Shown one piece after another: positions 60,591 through 64,000 of a stretch of 64,000 nucleotides of DNA (positions are counted from its first letter, which is position 1; every line of letters begins with the position of its first letter). The position numbers and the translations under genes were made by a program. The notes beneath the pieces were generated by a model. That model made no database searches. It was not told the DNA's origin and saw only the letters and a program-made list of their open reading frames with translations. The stretch is from Takakia lepidozioides (Eukaryota; Plantae; Bryophyta): contig CM060731.1 of NCBI GenBank assembly GCA_030704615.1, forward strand, positions 60,264,001-60,328,000. Reading direction: 5' to 3'.

Positions 60591-62159
60591 GCTGACATCC
60601 AGTGCAGAAGCTGCCATCCCAGTTTCATGTGCTGCTGTGTTGGTGGATGCCCCAGCTTAGATAATTGCAGCATTTGGCTGTGATGCACGAGTTGTAAGTA
60701 GGAGCAGGCGGAAGAACGGAGGCATGTGGATTGTGCCCATGCCCACTGCAGCGGAGTCCAGGTGAGGAAGCCTCCCAAAAAGGGCGTTCCTCGCATATTA
60801 GGATGTCAGAGATGCTTATCTGCAGAAAACTGTATTCGTGTGAAGCAGGCTGGTAATGGTGAACAATAAGGTTGTGTGCTGATGCCTGTGGTTGTCCCCC
60901 ACAGTAAGAGAGCTACAGATGGGGTACACCAAGTATGGGCTGCATTCTTTTGGTGAGGATTGTGACTGAATAGAGGGCGTTCACGCATTGTAGTGGTGCA
61001 GTAGACTCCATTCATTCTTTGTTGTTTGAGAAATAATTTGCCAGAGGCAAAAGCTGTTCATTGCGGCAATTCTTCTGTCACATTTTAGCATCTCTTGTTT
61101 GAGCTAGGGTCTTTGTGGTGACAGAGAAACTATTGGGAATCTTCTGTCACCTTACTTGAAGAAGAGTGAGATCCCTCAGCTTCCATCTCTACACATCGAG
61201 AATTTTGAGGTTTATCGTCCTGAACAGATCAGTCTGGTTCTTTTCATTACTTTTTCCCAGTCCAATGAGTGAAAATGCTCTTGTAGAGATGACGTCCCTT
61301 CTGTCCAGAGGAAGTTGAGGTCAGATCAGTTCTTAGTTCTCTGTTGACACATTCTCTCTAATGGTGGAATCTCTGTTTCCCCGCAAGTTCATCTTACAAG
61401 GAGAGATTGTTTGAAAGTGGTGGAGTGGGATTTTATGTGCGAATTCTGGTGGCAGGTTATAGAGACCTCGAACGCACTTTGCTCCAACAACACCATCAAT
61501 TGCTGCCTCATAGGTCAGATGCTGAACAGATTAATAGCATGACACAGACTACTTAGTCTTGGTAGGAAGAGATTAAGGAGAGGATGGACCCTGGTGACAA
61601 AAATGCTGAGGTACACAGTTCCAGAATGAATTGGAGAGATTAAGAAGAGGCTGGCTTTGCAGGAGCTCGAGAATTGGCACCTTCGTGACCTCAGAGTGCA
61701 TGATCCCGAATGTGTATATATAATTGCTTCCCTTACCCATTGGGAATGCCTGTCCAGTCTATGGACCTTCCGAGTTGGGAAGGTGAGGATCAGCTGCAGC
61801 AATGCCACTAAAGGTTGGCCCCCTTCGACAGCCCAGGTTTTAGGCCCGCCTTCCCCCTGCGAAACGCCCTGCCACGACGGATCCCCTGCCCGACGGAACC
61901 GGGTTGACCCGGGGCCGCGGGCTCCGGGTCCCGTCGTGTGTCTGAAGGAAATCGAGAGAGTAGCTCGGGGTTTCTGTATACACGTATACACGCCTTTTAC
62001 TCATTACTGCTATACATATTAATATTATTTTCGCCAAACCTAATTTCCATTTTTGGGCTTATCACCAACCCCTGCCCACTAAAAAATCCACATCTGCCAT
62101 CCAACTGAGATCGAGGAGAACTGACCGTACGATGTGGGGCCCACTGACACAGTCTGTTA

Positions 62160-62439
62160 CAGCGTTTTTTTTTTGGCGAATTTTCGCCAAATGGCGACCT
62201 CAAAAAATAGAAATGAATATTCCGTAGCAAATTCCATGTTTTTTCATGGATGAAATCGCCAAATTTCTCCAAAAAAAAATTTAATGGATGAACTCGCCAA
62301 ATATGGATGATATGAATGGATGAAAGTATGGATGTGGATGATTCTGTCCTAATTTGGATGGATGAACAGAATATATGCCTAATTTTTGCAAAACTCTGTA
62401 GCCACTCGTGGTATTTTCCGAATTATAAAAAAAACTCTG
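62160..62439. mobile_element. hAT MITE (family of 58041-58326)
   Basis: CAGCGTTTTT...AAAACTCTG termini; 8-bp TSD GTCTGTTA (62152-62159 / 62440-62447). Internal similarity to 58041-58326. Confidence 0.88.
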
Positions 62440-64000
62440 GTCTGTTACTGCTGAAAATCTCAGAGATTTTGACCATGGAGATTATAATGTTTTTGTGTTT
62501 AATACTGTTCTAGTTGGATGAAAGATTATTATTTGCTTAAGATTATTTGTTTGGATGTGGCTAAACGTTCATTTGGATGGTTTTACCATCCGATTTCTAG
62601 GCGAGCACCTAGTGTAGCACCTACTCAAGAAAATTCATCCAATTTGGATGAAACATGAATGCCCATTTATGTGGAGGACCTCAAAAGCATGAAATGTATT
62701 TTGTTTTTCTTAAATATTCAAGGATTTGTTGGATGCAAAGTCCCTGCGGTCAGATGTTTCCAAACACATCCATTTACTCAGTCACTAGAGATTTGCCCTT
62801 TCTGAGGCTGCCATGCTCTAATTTGGGCCTGCCCTAAGTTAGGTGGGGTCACCTGTTGTGCCCATCTTTACATCAGTTACATCAATGATCGAGCTGCCAG
62901 TGTGGCCCGTGGTATTGGGGGGCCACGTCCTCCACCCTTCCTGGCGGGCCCCAATCCCGACACGAGCAGGCCAGTCGCAGCAGGGGTCCACCGAACGCAT
63001 CTTGGATCCGCCAACGGGGTTCCCTTCAACAGCCTGGCGCCACGTATGCAGATCTGGGCAGCTCGGGCAGCGAGATGCTGCAGCCCGGAAACCAAAATAG
63101 CTGCTAAAGTGACTACCTATTGCCGCACTGCCGGTAACCGCTGTACCGGGTGGCGGGGCTTGTGAACTCCACATACGAAGTCCGTCATCGGATCAAAGAT
63201 TGCAAGACTGTCTACTGTGGATCGAGCAATCCCGATACCAACTGACCCATTGAGGCAGTAGTACTCTATCTTTACGTGTTTGGAATATATTACCCCTATC
63301 ACCCTCGATTGTGCACTCCATGAGAACAATCCACACTCGTGACCAACTGCTGAAATGACATCTATCCTATTACTGGTCGTTTCAACGGAACACTGTCGCT
63401 TTGTACATGTTGTTCAAATGACATACAACAACATATTTTTCTGGAACGACATTAAGAGAAAAATGTTTTTTCAACATGTCAGTTCAACAGTGTTTTACAC
63501 TAGTGCTACTACCCAAAGAAATGCATTCTACCTGTCAAACTAGTAGCTCGTGAATTCATATCAGTAACCATGGCAAGTCTACCTCAATATCAACATCGAT
63601 CCACATGTCAAATTGAACTGTAGCCCGCATAAATATTAATGTACTCGTTGATCAAAACATATGTGTCAATTGATAATATTTGGTCATACATTGGATTGTA
63701 TGTACTAGGCTATCAAGGTAGAAAACCTGCATCAATCCTCTACAGTTGATTTCCATGTATATATGTGCTAAAATACAAACTCGAGGTTATGCAGTATCAT
63801 GAAGCAATAGACTAACAAACTGGTTTCGTATTCTTTAATATGAAAGCATTTGCAATACATGAGCTAATAAGAGGCAGTGCCTCAGCCATCGACTAATTTG
63901 AATAACCAACAAAGCTGTTGCAATCCTCCATCTGATGATGAGTGTAGAAGTTTATGATGTGTTATACTTGTATTCCAAAGAGGCTTCTATCAATGGGGAC

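Noticed and set aside
62839-63330. GC-rich overlapping ORFs near the window end
   Set aside because: No recognisable domain or consistent splice structure; a gene call cannot be supported.

Overview
Nuclear DNA of a non-seed land plant, most likely a bryophyte. This is inferred from PLS-type PPR motifs, spliceosomal introns and plant-type genes; the species cannot be determined. Three apparently intact host genes are present: an RNF4/STUbL-like RING E3 (27723-30629, -), a DEG10 protease (51213-56818, +) and a DUF1191 gene (59421-60590, +). The rest is mostly nested transposons. (1) A LINE tail is split by a hAT-like element, which carries a 13.6-kb Ty3/Gypsy element (625-14248, -), which in turn carries a 5.8-kb Pack-CACTA with PPR fragments. 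(2) A second, related Pack-CACTA carries a TFIIH-p52/TFB2 fragment and a deleted Copia. (3) There are several SINEs, MITEs and (TC)n-targeting LINE copies. (4) A cluster of CACTA remnants lies at 35-50 kb. Two observations stand out. First, the Gypsy element's termini look circularly permuted: the terminal 10-bp att is a copy of a sequence between the PPT and the 3' LTR, with a CA-ga-TG junction. This suggests integration from a 2-LTR circle. The element also has a 4-bp TSD and a dUTPase-like domain. Second, a large CACTA element starting at 38507 carries a decayed spliced gene encoding ParB/Srx-like + beta-class DNA-methyltransferase-like + SP-repeat + two FCP1/SCP-like phosphatase domains. 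It is convergent with a second gene carrying a third FCP1-like domain. All domain calls are by-eye motif recognition, not database searches.
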